Source: Candidatus Omnitrophota bacterium
GTDB taxonomy: Bacteria; Omnitrophota; Gorgyraeia; Zapsychrales; Zapsychraceae
Reading direction: 5' to 3'
Assembly (NCBI GenBank): GCA_015233115.1
Contig: JADFYJ010000010.1
Span: forward strand, 5,083 to 69,082
DNA length: 64,000 nucleotides
The notes beneath the pieces are model-generated. The model ran no database searches. It was not told where the DNA came from and saw only the letters and a program-made list of their open reading frames with translations. A program made the position numbers and the translations under genes. Positions 9,158 to 20,042 of the stretch are shown piece by piece (the stretch's first letter is position 1; every line of letters begins with the position of its first letter).

Positions 9158-10486
9158 TTAAATATCTTTTAGCAGATGATTGGCAGGAGATTTTTTGAGC
9201 AGATCTTCAAAATGCTTCAATGACTGTTCAAGCTTAGTTAATTCTTCGTTGTGTGTGACAGGGACAGATCCTGTACCCTTTTTCTCTAAAACATCCGTCA
9301 CAAACTGAATAGTAAGATGATTAACATCTTGAGCTGGCTGATACAATGGCAGACGATACGCGCTGTTCTGCATTTCAGAAATAATTCCCGCTTCCGTCAA
9401 TTCAAATAAAATATCGCGCACTAACCGGATCGGGATATCCACTTCATCGGAAATTTGGGTGGCAGTCAATGGTTTTTCCCCCTTAACAAAACGTTTGACT
9501 AATATACTGGTGATCTGTAAAGAAACTAATCTTTTAAAAGCATGACTTACGCTCAAACAATCCTGTTCGAATTCATAGGTATCGACATTCTGATGGGCAA
9601 ACGTGACTTCTGTACCGAACAACACAACCCGCCAACTCACTTGGAGCCAGACGAGAAATAAGGGCAGAGCAGCGAAACTTCCGTAAATAGCATTGGCTTT
9701 AGCCGCAGCAACCTGAAACTGAATATATGTGACCTGCACGACCTGATAAATCGTCCCTGCCACAATGCCGCCAATAATCCCAGCGGATAATTTCACTTTG
9801 GTGTTAGGCATAAAAATATAAATAAACGCGAATAAAATCCAGATCATCACATATGGCAACAGCGCCAGTAAAAAAAAGATCGCCGGACTCAACGGGCCAA
9901 GAAAAGACAATTTTTGTAAAATCATTTCGACTTGTGTCGCAGCAAATACCGTGACGCCGCTGGAGGCAATGACAAAAAACGGACACACCAGCATGATGGA
10001 TAAATAATCGGTAATCTTACGGCCCAGACTCCGTCCAGTTTTTATTCCCCAAATATCGTTAAAAGATGTTTCAATACTATTTAAAACTTGGATAACAGTC
10101 CAAAACAACACCATGACTCCCACTCCAGCGACCAGCCCGCCCTGAGTATTATCCAGAAGATTATTAGCAAAAGTGATAATCTGCGTGATCGTTACTTCCT
10201 GCCCAGGAAATTTTTCTAAAACTTGTTTTTCCAGCAGGCGGTCAAACCCGAATCCTTTGGCAATCCCAAAGGCCATAGCCGCAACTGGAACAACTGACAA
10301 TAAAGAATAAAACGTCAATGCCGAAGCGTTTAGCTGACATTTATTACTACGGAATTCCCGAACTGCCAGCACAATAATCCGCAATTGCTTGATCAAAAAA
10401 GACCGTTGACGGGGGAGCTTTTTAGTGTGAATCCGCCAAATATCTTTATCGATAAAATCAAATAATTTAGTAATAATTCGCCGCAT
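9158..10486 (-). CDS. yihY: YihY/BrkB (virulence factor BrkB / former 'RNase BN') family inner-membrane protein with a C-terminal cytoplasmic extension. The likely start is MRRIITK at 10486, preceded by AGGAG.
   Basis: ALTFYSLLSVVPVAAMAFG motif and a six-TM core are typical of YihY. Confidence 0.8.
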   Translation of the reverse strand: MRRIITKLFDFIDKDIWRIHTKKLPRQRSFLIKQLRIIVLAVREFRSNKCQLNASALTFYSLLSVVPVAAMAFGIAKGFGFDRLLEKQVLEKFPGQEVTITQIITFANNLLDNTQGGLVAGVGVMVLFWTVIQVLNSIETSFNDIWGIKTGRSLGRKITDYLSIMLVCPFFVIASSGVTVFAATQVEMILQKLSFLGPLSPAIFFLLALLPYVMIWILFAFIYIFMPNTKVKLSAGIIGGIVAGTIYQVVQVTYIQFQVAAAKANAIYGSFAALPLFLVWLQVSWRVVLFGTEVTFAHQNVDTYEFEQDCLSVSHAFKRLVSLQITSILVKRFVKGEKPLTATQISDEVDIPIRLVRDILFELTEAGIISEMQNSAYRLPLYQPAQDVNHLTIQFVTDVLEKKGTGSVPVTHNEELTKLEQSLKHFEDLLKKSPANHLLKDI

Positions 10487-10569
10487 ATAATCTCCTAATG
10501 ATACGCGCCACGTTTGACCCACCCAGCGCTTTTACAACAATCGCTTTTCACTACATGCTACATGCACTT

Positions 10570-11439
10570 TTAAATATTTACGTTAAACACATTCCGGATC
10601 ACCACGCCGATTACAAAAGTGATAGCCGCGATACTCAGGCTCAAGACCGCCATTTCGGTAAATCTTTTTTTGAAATTTAATTTTTGCGCGACCGAGATGT
10701 AAAAAGTAAAAGACCCAATTTCCAGTAAAGCAACGCTCAACGCGATCGCCAAACAAACAAAAACATTTTTTAATAAAAAATACGGTAAGACCAGAACAAT
10801 AACTGTTCCCAAATAAGAAACACCCGTATACCAACAAGCTTTAATAGGATCCTTATCCGTTTCCTCACCTTTCGTCGACAAATATTCTGACGCCGCCATG
10901 GACATGGCCGCAGCGATCCCCGTGATCAAGCCCACGATCCCAATCAATTTGGTATTATTCAAGGCCAGAGTAAAACCCGCCAAGGTCGCGGTCAATTCTA
11001 CTAAAGCATCATTTAAACCTAAAATCATGGAGCTGACATACTTAAACCGATCCTCATCGATCAGATCGAGCAAAGCACTTTCATGCGCTTTTTCGTCACC
11101 TATAATCATTTTAACCTCTGGGGTCTCATCTTTAAGCGGGGAATAGAAATCTTGAGCCGATAATTCCCCCCGCTCCATAAGCCGCAAACTAAAATTCAAT
11201 CCGCATATTCTCGCCATCAGCACATAATAAAATATTTTCCATTGATCAGGCTGAACATCTTCACCGGATATTTTTTTAAAAATTTCGTAATGCTTGAATT
11301 CCTCATTGGATATTCTTTGTAAAATACCTGATTGTCCTTCCTTCTTTACAATTTCTGAAAGTTTTTGATAAACATGATATTCTGTCAGCTCATTTTTTTG
11401 AGCTATTAAAATTTTTTTTCTTGATTCAGAATTTAGCAT
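10570..11439 (-). CDS. Ferritin-like (rubrerythrin/erythrin) domain fused to a VIT1/CCC1-family iron/manganese transporter.
   Basis: The N-terminal roughly 140 aa carry EExxH-type ferritin-like pairs (ELTEYHVYQ, EEFKHYEIF). The C-terminal half has the VIT1 TM helices and conserved acidic residues. Confidence 0.7.
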   Translation of the reverse strand: MLNSESRKKILIAQKNELTEYHVYQKLSEIVKKEGQSGILQRISNEEFKHYEIFKKISGEDVQPDQWKIFYYVLMARICGLNFSLRLMERGELSAQDFYSPLKDETPEVKMIIGDEKAHESALLDLIDEDRFKYVSSMILGLNDALVELTATLAGFTLALNNTKLIGIVGLITGIAAAMSMAASEYLSTKGEETDKDPIKACWYTGVSYLGTVIVLVLPYFLLKNVFVCLAIALSVALLEIGSFTFYISVAQKLNFKKRFTEMAVLSLSIAAITFVIGVVIRNVFNVNI

Positions 11440-11451
11440 TTAACTCCTTAT

Positions 11452-11820
11452 CTAGACTGCAGCCATATTAATTTTTTCTAAGAAAAACTCATGATTAAAC
11501 GGTTTCGATATGACACCGGAAACAAGATGAGCCACCTTTTCCTCTTTTAACATTTTTTCAATAAATGGTTTCCCGGTTACAATAAATACTTTGGTCATAG
11601 GATTTTTCTGGTTCATGCTCTTAAGCAGATCAATCCCGCTGACCCGGGGCATTTTAAAATCAAATATGGCGATTTCAAAATCATGTTGTTGGATCCACCT
11701 CATGCCTTCGTCGGGGTCAGAAGTATTCTTAACTTCATAACCCTCATCCATAAGGAAATCCGCCATACCTTCGCATAAATCAACATCATCATCAATAATT
11801 AAAATTCGTTTTTTATCCAT
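11452..11820 (-). CDS. Stand-alone response-regulator receiver (REC) protein. The likely start is MDKKRILIIDDD at 11820.
   Basis: ILIIDDD...D...K pattern of the CheY-like fold. It overlaps the upstream hybrid kinase stop by about 8 nt. Confidence 0.7.
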   Translation of the reverse strand: MDKKRILIIDDDVDLCEGMADFLMDEGYEVKNTSDPDEGMRWIQQHDFEIAIFDFKMPRVSGIDLLKSMNQKNPMTKVFIVTGKPFIEKMLKEEKVAHLVSGVISKPFNHEFFLEKINMAAV

Positions 11821-13318
11821 TGGTTTTTTGGGGCAAGTTAACAACCACGGTGGTTCCTTTGCCAGGTTCACTGGTAAAACCGATCGAACCGCCGTGCATG
11901 CTTAAAATACGATAGCACACGGTTAAGCCCAGCCCTGTCCCTTTCGCTTTAGTTGTAAAAAAAGGATCGAAAATTTTGTCCAAATTTTCCTTCGAAATTC
12001 CTTCTCCATTGTCCCTTATAAAAATTTTTATAAATTCTTGTTCACGGATCATCTCGATCTCAACGTTCCCTCCCATATTAGGGATCGCATCAAACGCGTT
12101 ATTGATCAAATTTGAAAACACTTCCCTCATTTGAAGCGGATCCGCATTAATTAAAACTTTTTTTATAGGATCATGTTTCATATCAACCACGACAGCCTTA
12201 TTCGACTGTTTTTTCGCTAAATCAATGCACTCTTGCAAAATTTCCGCGATACTGATTTCCTCGTTATGCGGCGGTCGCAGCCGGGAATAAAACAATAAAT
12301 TATTAATGATCTGGTCACTCTCCATAACCTTCTTATCAATAGCCTTCAAATGCTTCTCTATCGACGCTGTATCTTTTGCTTTGCGCTTGATCAGCGCCGC
12401 GGCCATACCAATGGCCGCCAAAGGATTACGTAATTCATGCGCCACAGTAGCGGCGAGCGTTCCGATATCAGAAAGACGCTTAGCTCTTTCCAGTTCAACT
12501 TGAATGCCCATCAACTCTTGAGATCGTTTTTTAACCATCCCTTCTAACATTTCCTTGTCTCGTTTCAGAACTTCTCCGGCTTGTTTTCGAACCGTGATAT
12601 CACGAACCAAAACCTGAACCGAGCGAACTCCTTTTTCAAAAAAAGGTGAAGCGACAACTTCCACGTTCACCGTAGTCCCGTCACAACGTAAAATTTTAGC
12701 TTCAATCAAAGGAGCAGACAGCCCTTCTAATACCCTCTGGATTTCTTCACATATTTGGTGTTGCGGATCAGGACAAAATAAATCAAACAAGGATTTTCCG
12801 GCGATTTGTTCCATGGTAGAAGCCCCCAACAATTGTAACGCTGCCTGATTAACAAACGCGATCTTATTCTCCCGGTTAACAAAAATCGCTTCCGGAGACA
12901 TTTCAATCAAACTACGATACCGGCTTTCACCTTCCCTACGCTCGACTGAATACAAAATACTGCGAACCAATAAATTGCGATTAATCTCTCCCTTAATCAA
13001 ATAATCGCTGGCCTGTCTCTGTATGGCCTGTAAACCCACATCTTGATCATTAAGCCCGGTGAGCACAATAATCGGAATTCCCTGCTCTTGTAACGTAATC
13101 TTTTCCAAACCCTCCAGCCCGCGGCTGTCAGGCAAGTTGATATCTAATAAAATAATATCAAACTTATCCTTACGCAAAATCTTTATTGCCTCGTCCACCA
13201 AATTCGCATGAAATATAGTAAAAAAAGGAGACACACTTTCTGTCAACATTTCAGAAACCAGTCTAAAATCTGCCGGGTTGTCTTCAACAACTAAAACTTT
13301 TATTTCATTTCTGCTCAT
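11813..13318 (-). CDS. Hybrid sensor: N-terminal REC domain, PAS domain, HisKA and HATPase_c histidine kinase core.
   Basis: VLVVEDNPADF (REC), AHELRNPLAAI (H-box), N/G1/G2 boxes (NNAFDA, DNGEGI, GTGLGL). Confidence 0.8.
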   Translation of the reverse strand: MSRNEIKVLVVEDNPADFRLVSEMLTESVSPFFTIFHANLVDEAIKILRKDKFDIILLDINLPDSRGLEGLEKITLQEQGIPIIVLTGLNDQDVGLQAIQRQASDYLIKGEINRNLLVRSILYSVERREGESRYRSLIEMSPEAIFVNRENKIAFVNQAALQLLGASTMEQIAGKSLFDLFCPDPQHQICEEIQRVLEGLSAPLIEAKILRCDGTTVNVEVVASPFFEKGVRSVQVLVRDITVRKQAGEVLKRDKEMLEGMVKKRSQELMGIQVELERAKRLSDIGTLAATVAHELRNPLAAIGMAAALIKRKAKDTASIEKHLKAIDKKVMESDQIINNLLFYSRLRPPHNEEISIAEILQECIDLAKKQSNKAVVVDMKHDPIKKVLINADPLQMREVFSNLINNAFDAIPNMGGNVEIEMIREQEFIKIFIRDNGEGISKENLDKIFDPFFTTKAKGTGLGLTVCYRILSMHGGSIGFTSEPGKGTTVVVNLPQKTNG

Positions 13319-13336
13319 ACATTTTGCTTTGCTTTT

Positions 13337-13786
13337 TTAATTCTTAGGCGGCAATTTCACTATTGTAAACCAAAATTCTTGTATTGTCTTAGCCACTTTA
13401 ACAAACTGTTCAAGATCAACCGGTTTAGTAATATAACAATTCGCATGCAAATTATATGTCTTAATTATATCTTCTTCAGCCTTAGATACGGTCAACACCA
13501 CCACAGGTATGGCTTTTAATTTTTCATCATTTTTAATTTCCTTTAAAACCTCCCGGCCATCTTTTTTAGGAAGATTTAGATCTAGTAGTATAAGATCCGG
13601 GCGGACTGCCTGAGCATATCGGCCTTCTTTCTTCAAATACGCGACAGCTTCAACTCCGTCAGTCACCACATTTAGATTATTGAAAATCTTTTCTTCTTTC
13701 AAAGCTTCGGTAGTCAATCTGACATCGGCCGGGTTGTCCTCCACTAATAAGATTTCAATCGGTTGAATATTATTATCACGAAACAT
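13337..13786 (-). CDS. Single-domain CheY-like response regulator.
   Basis: [13 protein letters not shown]...[11 protein letters not shown]...K receiver signature. Confidence 0.8.
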   Translation of the reverse strand: MFRDNNIQPIEILLVEDNPADVRLTTEALKEEKIFNNLNVVTDGVEAVAYLKKEGRYAQAVRPDLILLDLNLPKKDGREVLKEIKNDEKLKAIPVVVLTVSKAEEDIIKTYNLHANCYITKPVDLEQFVKVAKTIQEFWFTIVKLPPKN

Positions 13787-13800
13787 GACATCCTCTCTTT

Positions 13801-15678
13801 CTAAACCTTTTTAGGAATTGTAAAATAAAATATAGAGCCTTTTCCATTCTCTGACTCAACCCATATCCGACCCCCACGCGTTTCCACAATTTTTTTGCAT
13901 ATCGACAATCCTATTCCAGTTCCGGAGTATTCTTCCCGGCCATGCAAACGCTGGAAAATAAGAAATATCCGGTCTTTATATTGTGCTTCTATTCCGATCC
14001 CATTATCCTTGACAGAAAATAACCACTCGTGTTCTTGCTCGGTCGCGCTAACGTGAACCCGGGGCGCTTCCCGGCTATGAAATTTAACCGCATTTCCCAA
14101 CAAATTTTGAAACAATTGAATAAAATTCGTTTCTAACCCATTTACTACCGGCAAATGATCGCGGGTTATCACCGCTTTTTGGCTATCGATCACAAACTTC
14201 ATGCTGTTGAAAATCCGATCAAATATCAAGTTACAATCAACAGCCACCATCGGCTTTTCAGCCCGGCCAACCCGGGAATAAGCGAGAAGGTCATTAATCA
14301 AATTCTGCATACGCCTCGCGCCATCGATTATAAAACTGATAAACTCATCCGCGTCAGAATCTAATTTTCCTTTATAACGCCTTTCCAAAAGACCGGCATA
14401 GCTCCCCATCACCCTTAAGGGTTCCTGTAGATCGTGTGATGCCACGTACGCAAATTGCTCCAGATTCTCATTGGAGCTTCTCAGTTCCTTCTCCACATGC
14501 ATCCGTTCATTCACTTCTTTGTTTAAATCATCTCTCGACGCGGTAATTAATTTCAAATCCCGGGTCATCTTATCAAAAGACCGGGAAAGATCGCCGATCT
14601 CATTCTTAATCGGCAAGGATACTTGATGTTCCAAATTTCCGGCCCCGATGATTTCCGCCCCTTTTATTAGATCTTTGATCGGCTTAGAAATCGTCCACCC
14701 CATCACAAAAGCCATGGCCCCAGTCACAATAATAATGACCAAAATAATCCGTACAATGAGTCGCTTTAAATGCTCCACATCTTCAAATGCTTCCTGAGTA
14801 TCAATTTTAGCCACCATCCCCCACTGCAAATATGGAATATAGTGCCACGCCGCTATCACTTCCTTGCCCCGATAATCAGTAAGTATCCCTGAACCTTCCT
14901 GACCTTGCACGGCCCGTTGAATAGGTTCGCCGTTTTTATCGCCCATTTTAATGCTTCTTTGAAGCGTTGCTTGAGAGTCATGCCGCAAAGGATTTAAAAA
15001 TATGACCTGATCCCCAATTTTTTTCCCGATCAAGGTTTCTCCCGTCTTCCCCAATCCGGTTGCTTCCCCAATAAGCTGGAAAATGGGTTTCGCGTCAACT
15101 TCAAAAACAACCAGCCCTGCCTCCACATCTTTTGAATCATAAGCTGGGCCTGCCACCATAATCTCAAAATTTTTCCCCATGGATTTGTTCAAAAAAATAT
15201 TGGAAAAATAAATTCGTTTTTTCCCTTCTTCAAAAACGGTTTGATCTGGGTCGGACAAAAGTTTCTCGAATTCCCAAAGGTAATGTTGAGGATTAGTGGT
15301 ATATACGACCTTTCCCTCAAGATCAACCAGCATAATATCCGATAAACCCAAAACCTTTTGCATTTTGGGTAATTGTTCATCCAGCATCTTTTTAGCGTTA
15401 ATGAATTTTAAATTATTGGGATCTCTCGCAAATTGAACTAATATCGGAAGGTTTTGTCTTATATTATAAAGACTTTGCGCGATTTCCAAATTCGCCTTTA
15501 ATCCGGTAAAATAAACTTCGATTTTGTCGGCTTTATATTTAGCCAAGTCTTTCAACTGAGAAAGCCGGTTTTTTTCCAAAGAATATCTATAATTATTAAA
15601 TGTAATCGCGCTGGCCATGATGAGCGGAATCGTGGCCACAATCAAAAACATGATAATTAATTTTACACGAATTGACAT
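13801..15678 (-). CDS. Membrane sensor histidine kinase with an N-terminal TM helix, an extracytoplasmic Cache-like domain, a second TM helix, HAMP, then a HisKA (phytochrome-type HDLQEPLR H-box) and HATPase core.
   Basis: [11 protein letters not shown]-box and GTGIGL G2 box. Two TM helices flank a periplasmic domain of about 270 aa. Confidence 0.8.
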   Translation of the reverse strand: MSIRVKLIIMFLIVATIPLIMASAITFNNYRYSLEKNRLSQLKDLAKYKADKIEVYFTGLKANLEIAQSLYNIRQNLPILVQFARDPNNLKFINAKKMLDEQLPKMQKVLGLSDIMLVDLEGKVVYTTNPQHYLWEFEKLLSDPDQTVFEEGKKRIYFSNIFLNKSMGKNFEIMVAGPAYDSKDVEAGLVVFEVDAKPIFQLIGEATGLGKTGETLIGKKIGDQVIFLNPLRHDSQATLQRSIKMGDKNGEPIQRAVQGQEGSGILTDYRGKEVIAAWHYIPYLQWGMVAKIDTQEAFEDVEHLKRLIVRIILVIIIVTGAMAFVMGWTISKPIKDLIKGAEIIGAGNLEHQVSLPIKNEIGDLSRSFDKMTRDLKLITASRDDLNKEVNERMHVEKELRSSNENLEQFAYVASHDLQEPLRVMGSYAGLLERRYKGKLDSDADEFISFIIDGARRMQNLINDLLAYSRVGRAEKPMVAVDCNLIFDRIFNSMKFVIDSQKAVITRDHLPVVNGLETNFIQLFQNLLGNAVKFHSREAPRVHVSATEQEHEWLFSVKDNGIGIEAQYKDRIFLIFQRLHGREEYSGTGIGLSICKKIVETRGGRIWVESENGKGSIFYFTIPKKV

Positions 15679-16046
15679 TAGGTTAGCATATCCTTCATAG
15701 TGTTTCCCAGCTTCGCCAAATCAAAAGGTTTTAAAATAATTCGAGCTGACGAAATCTTTTGAATACGGTCGAGTGTTGGTGTATCCGCGTATCCGGAAAT
15801 AAACAAGATTGGAATATCCGCGAAAAATCGAATATTTTTTGCGATAGCCACCCCATCCATATCTCCGGATAATTTCAAATCCATCAAAATTAAATCCGGT
15901 TGATGGTCTTTGACCCATTGGATCGCATCAGGCCCTGACGAGGAAATATACGGAACCTCAAAACCAATGCTCGGTAAAAATTCCTGCAATCCATGAGCAA
16001 TAGCGAGGTCATCTTCAACAATAAAAATTTGGGGAATTTTAGGCAT
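15678..16046 (-). CDS. Single-domain response-regulator receiver protein.
   Basis: IFIVEDDLAIA...LILMDLKL...K motifs. The stop overlaps the downstream kinase start by 1 nt. Confidence 0.8.
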   Translation of the reverse strand: MPKIPQIFIVEDDLAIAHGLQEFLPSIGFEVPYISSSGPDAIQWVKDHQPDLILMDLKLSGDMDGVAIAKNIRFFADIPILFISGYADTPTLDRIQKISSARIILKPFDLAKLGNTMKDMLT

Positions 16047-16223
16047 AGTGTGTATATAATTTATCAGAATAATACATTTTACACAATTTTTAATTCCGCA
16101 GGTAATTTATTAATTTGAACCGCCTCTCCCCAATTCCGAATTATAATTCTTAATTGGGAGGGCATAGTATGTCGCATGTAACATCGATATTTTTTAAAAA
16201 TCATTTTTAAAATAAAATTATCT

Positions 16224-16244
16224 TTTCACCCAACGGGTGAAAAT
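16224..16244. promoter_or_regulatory. Perfect 9-bp inverted repeat (TTTTCACCC-aac-GGGTGAAAA) in the 276-bp intergenic region upstream of the TCS cluster.
   Basis: Read directly. It sits between a second hairpin (16285-16317) and the start of the REC gene at 16046. Candidate operator or terminator. Confidence 0.4.
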
Positions 16245-16284
16245 TTTCAACAACCACATACCACATACTACGCACAACACACTG

Positions 16285-16317
16285 CCCTAATTCTCAATTT
16301 CTAATTCAGAATTAGGG
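16285..16317. terminator. 10-bp inverted repeat (CCCTAATTCT-n13-AGAATTAGGG) immediately 3' of the SDR gene stop. Candidate terminator hairpin.
   Basis: Read directly. No strong U-tract follows. Confidence 0.4.
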
Positions 16318-16322
16318 GCTTC

Positions 16323-17165
16323 TCAGTCCCGATTATGAGGTTGATCACGACTGCCTGTTTCTCGCGCCGTTCTTCTTCTCTCACGCCCAGAATACAACGC
16401 ACGATCAGATCCTTGATCAAAATTTTGTCCATTTTCTTCCTCCAACAAATGGCGGCCGCCATCTAAAAAAAGAACTTGGCCAGTCATAAAATCATTTTTT
16501 AACAAATATAACACCGCCGCTGTAATATCCTCCAATTCACCGTGACGATTTAACGGAAGATTCTGGGCTAAATGATCTAAATAACTCTCATCTTTCCCGA
16601 TAGGCGGAAGGATCAGACCCGGCGCAACCGCATTAACAGATACGGCCGGAGCAAATTTTTGAGCAGACATTTTGATTAAATCAAACAGCAGATGTTTACT
16701 TAGAATATATGATACATGCTTCCAATCATACCCTTTGATCCGGGTATCCAAAATATTGACCACACTCCCCTGGGTCAGATGAGCAAACTCCCTCATCAAC
16801 AAAAAAGGCACCCACGCATTAATTCCAACATGCCGGGATAATGTTGTAAAATCTATATCATCAATTGTATCAGTAGAAAATATCGACGCATTATTAATTA
16901 ATATATCCAAATGGCCGGTTAAGGCCATGGCTCTTTTAATCAGAGTTTCATATTCATACGGATTTTCAAAATCCGCGTTAATCGTCCATGCCTTTAACCC
17001 ACGGCCGGCGATTTGTGCACAAATGTCTGCCGCTTCAACGGATGACAAAGAATAATGAACAATAACATTAACCCCCTCTTCAGCTAAGGCCAATGATATC
17101 GCTTTCCCTATCCGTTTCGCTCCACCTGTAACTAACGCTATTTTACCTTTTAAACTTTTAATCAT
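16323..17165 (-). CDS. SDR-family NAD(P)-dependent oxidoreductase (pteridine reductase/FolM-like glycine motif). The probable start is MIKSLKGKIALVTGG at 17165.
   Basis: IALVTGGAKRIGKAI Rossmann motif, NNAS, and a YxxxK catalytic-dyad region. Confidence 0.75.
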   Translation of the reverse strand: MIKSLKGKIALVTGGAKRIGKAISLALAEEGVNVIVHYSLSSVEAADICAQIAGRGLKAWTINADFENPYEYETLIKRAMALTGHLDILINNASIFSTDTIDDIDFTTLSRHVGINAWVPFLLMREFAHLTQGSVVNILDTRIKGYDWKHVSYILSKHLLFDLIKMSAQKFAPAVSVNAVAPGLILPPIGKDESYLDHLAQNLPLNRHGELEDITAAVLYLLKNDFMTGQVLFLDGGRHLLEEENGQNFDQGSDRALYSGRERRRTARETGSRDQPHNRD

Positions 17166-17258
17166 TAGACTTATATTAATAAAAAATATCAATACACAGA
17201 ATAGCCTTTTTCTCCTTTTTATTGACTTTTTTCTACAGGATAGGAAGAATTTATAAAA

Positions 17259-18788
17259 CTACCAGTCTATCGGAAAATAATCTTTGAGAAATTTTCCGCA
17301 CCAGTGCGTACCAGCGATGATACCGTGAAAAAACGGATCGCAGACGCGGGCTGCTCCATCAACAATGTCTAACGGCGGCTGAAAATCATGCTGCTCTTGT
17401 TTAAAGGTTGCCAATGCAGCCGGATCCTCATCTGTGACCCATCCGGTATCAACGGCGTTCATAAAAATACCGTATTTCGCTAAATCACTTGCCGAAGTAT
17501 GCGTGAGCATATTCAAGGCCGCCTTGGCCATGTTCGTATGCGGATGCCGGTCCGCTTTCTTAAACCGTAAAAATTTTCCTTCCATAGCTGTCACATTCAC
17601 AATATGTTTTTTGCCGGTATTATCCCGTTTCATCATGGGAGCCAGTTTATTGCAGAGAACAAACGGCGCGATCGCGTTAACCAGTTGAATTTCAATCATC
17701 TCAGCCGTCGGAACTTCACCTAAACGGAGACGCCAGCTGTTAGTCGCGCGTAAATCCACCTGCTGAAGGTCCGCGTCTAATTTTCCGGCAGGAAAAATGT
17801 GTTCCCCGGCTAAAGTGTCATCGTGGGTATAAGGAATTTGGGACAATTGCGCGGAACCCCGCAAACCTACACCAGGCATTTTTCCGTCCCATTTGACCGG
17901 TAAATTAATTTCCGGGACTGCTTCTGACGAAGCATAAGTTAATAACTGGTTTTTACATTCTTCGAACGACCGCAACAATTGCCGCGCGGATTCTGGTTGG
18001 TGTTCAAATAGTTTATTTTCATTCGGCATGAGATGGGCATAAAACCCGACCGGACGGCGAACAGTTTGAGCGGCGTTATTAATCAGAATATCCAGACGGT
18101 CATATTTTTGCTGAATATAATTGCAAAAGATTTCCACGCTCGGCGTATGACGCAAATCCAATCCGTACACATGCAACCGATCCGCCCACTGTTTAAAATC
18201 TTCTTCACGTGAAAACCGTAACGCGGAATCAACAGGGAAACGAGTCGTAGCGATAACACGACAGCCAGCTCTCAGCATCATCAAAGTGGCTTGATAACCA
18301 ATTTTTAGACGAGACCCCGTAATCAAGGCCACTTGCCCGGTCAAATCCGCGGTCTGAAAACGTTTTTGATAATTAAAATCCGCGCAAGCCGGGCACATAG
18401 AGTCATAAAAAAAATGCAGGGTGGTAAATTCCGTCTTGCACACATAACAATTCCGGGGCGAATTTAATTCGCCCTTACTTTCTTGTGCCGCGGCGCCTTG
18501 ATGAGCAACTTGTTTCGGAGCGATAAATATCGCGGATTCTCTCGCCGAACGGATGCCCGTGGCTTTGCGCGCAATCCGCTCTTCCCTGACAATTTTTTGC
18601 CGGGTCAAATCTTTGATTTTCTTTTTGCGTTTGATGATCTCGTGTTTATCCGGACGGGAAAGCTGGCCCGCGGCAGTTAAAAGCGCGATCCGTTCTTCGT
18701 CCGACAACAAAGCAAGCTGGTCGCTATCGCTCACCATACTTTCAAGAAATTTTATGCTTTTATGGATTTCTTCCGGAGAATGTTTCAT
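17259..18788 (-). CDS. SDR-family oxidoreductase with an N-terminal extension of about 170 aa containing a CxxC-x(n)-CxxC zinc-ribbon-like motif.
   Basis: CYVCK...CPACADF precedes [14 protein letters not shown] (Rossmann) and INNAA. The start is ambiguous (18809 or the internal ATG at 18788). It overlaps the upstream methyltransferase gene. Confidence 0.6.
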   Translation of the reverse strand: MKHSPEEIHKSIKFLESMVSDSDQLALLSDEERIALLTAAGQLSRPDKHEIIKRKKKIKDLTRQKIVREERIARKATGIRSARESAIFIAPKQVAHQGAAAQESKGELNSPRNCYVCKTEFTTLHFFYDSMCPACADFNYQKRFQTADLTGQVALITGSRLKIGYQATLMMLRAGCRVIATTRFPVDSALRFSREEDFKQWADRLHVYGLDLRHTPSVEIFCNYIQQKYDRLDILINNAAQTVRRPVGFYAHLMPNENKLFEHQPESARQLLRSFEECKNQLLTYASSEAVPEINLPVKWDGKMPGVGLRGSAQLSQIPYTHDDTLAGEHIFPAGKLDADLQQVDLRATNSWRLRLGEVPTAEMIEIQLVNAIAPFVLCNKLAPMMKRDNTGKKHIVNVTAMEGKFLRFKKADRHPHTNMAKAALNMLTHTSASDLAKYGIFMNAVDTGWVTDEDPAALATFKQEQHDFQPPLDIVDGAARVCDPFFHGIIAGTHWCGKFLKDYFPIDW

Positions 18789-19735
18789 AACGCGGTCATT
18801 TTCCAGCACCGGTGAACCTGCCGGTTGCGGTAATCTTCAGGAATAGATTTTGGGGTCAGCTCTACCAAATCCTTGATAGATAAGCCTTCCAATTTTGGTT
18901 CGAACCGTTGATGATTGGTGGAAAAAAATACTAATGAGCCGGGCGCCATAATTTTTAAAACCTGACGTATCAACTCCGGATGATCTCGGTTAATATCAAA
19001 CGATACTCCCGCATCATGATTCTTATAAAACGAAGGCGGATCGATCAATGCCAAAGTAAAACGACGTCCATACCGGACCGCTTGTCTTAAATACATCGTA
19101 ACATCGGATTGTACCATTTCATGCTGAGGCGTCAAAAGTCCGTTTAATTGTAAATTATCCTCAGCCCATTTCAGATACGTGGCTGACCTATCAACTGTCA
19201 CGGAACTTTTAACTCCACCGAGTGCGGCAGCACAAGTAAAAGTGCCGGTATACCCGTAAAGATTTAAAAAATCTTTCTCTTTGGCCAATTTTCCGATGAG
19301 CACCCGCGTATCCCGGTGGTCTGAAAATAATCCGGTATCCAAAAAATCATCCAGATTAACCCAAAATTGCAGATCCCGTTCACGCACTTTCATCCGCTCT
19401 CCGGTTGATGCCAATTTACTATAGCGAGGGCCTTCTTCAGTTTTTGTTTGACGTCGTTTAACGTGCGTACGGTAAGATGGCACGCCCAAAGCCTCAGCAA
19501 CGGCTTCAGCCATTTGCGGTAGCCACTCCGGGCCGGTCTGTAAATGCACATATTCACCGACCACTAAATGTCCGGCATACCAATCCACGACAGCCCTGAC
19601 TTCCGGAATATCCCAGTCAAACAACCGGAAACAATCAATATTCTGCTTGGCATACCGCTTGGCCAAATGCGCAAAATTCTTCCGCACGCGGTTCGCTAAA
19701 ATTTCTGATTGATATTTAATTTGCTCTGGGGTCAT
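18785..19735 (-). CDS. Class I SAM-dependent methyltransferase of the rRNA large-subunit (RlmI/RlmK, Methyltrans_SAM) type.
   Basis: [18 protein letters not shown]... and DPPSF motifs are typical of the RlmK/RlmI catalytic domain. Confidence 0.6.
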   Translation of the reverse strand: MTPEQIKYQSEILANRVRKNFAHLAKRYAKQNIDCFRLFDWDIPEVRAVVDWYAGHLVVGEYVHLQTGPEWLPQMAEAVAEALGVPSYRTHVKRRQTKTEEGPRYSKLASTGERMKVRERDLQFWVNLDDFLDTGLFSDHRDTRVLIGKLAKEKDFLNLYGYTGTFTCAAALGGVKSSVTVDRSATYLKWAEDNLQLNGLLTPQHEMVQSDVTMYLRQAVRYGRRFTLALIDPPSFYKNHDAGVSFDINRDHPELIRQVLKIMAPGSLVFFSTNHQRFEPKLEGLSIKDLVELTPKSIPEDYRNRQVHRCWKMTAL

Positions 19736-20042
19736 AATATTAAAATGTTTGATTGTTTAAAAAACGTAACCGCGTGCCAATACACAAGGTTGGCGTTGAA
19801 ACCGAATCCCCGAGCGAGTTTCCTTGGCGCTTCGCCAAGGTTGTTTGAGCGAAGGATTTGGTTTAAATGCAAACCGCCCAACCGCGCGCTTTATTATCAA
19901 TGTAACAATGAAAAAACGATTCTCTTTGGTGAAACATCATGATATGAGAGATTAGGGCAGGATGCAATATTTATTAATAAACGCAAAACATAACCCTTAA
20001 TTTAAACTATTAACCCGAATTAAGTTTTATGTCCTAAGTACT

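Noticed and set aside
16323-17192. The C-terminal low-complexity tail (…GRERRRTARETGSRDQPHNRD) of the SDR, as a possible fused domain or frameshift.
   Set aside because: The tail runs to a normal stop with an inverted-repeat terminator right after it. It is kept as part of the CDS because there is no evidence of a frameshift, but the tail may be non-functional.
19736-20042. tRNA or tmRNA gene in the 300-bp intergenic region.
   Set aside because: The hairpins present do not form a cloverleaf. There is no GTTCRANYC T-loop or CCA-proximal acceptor pairing.
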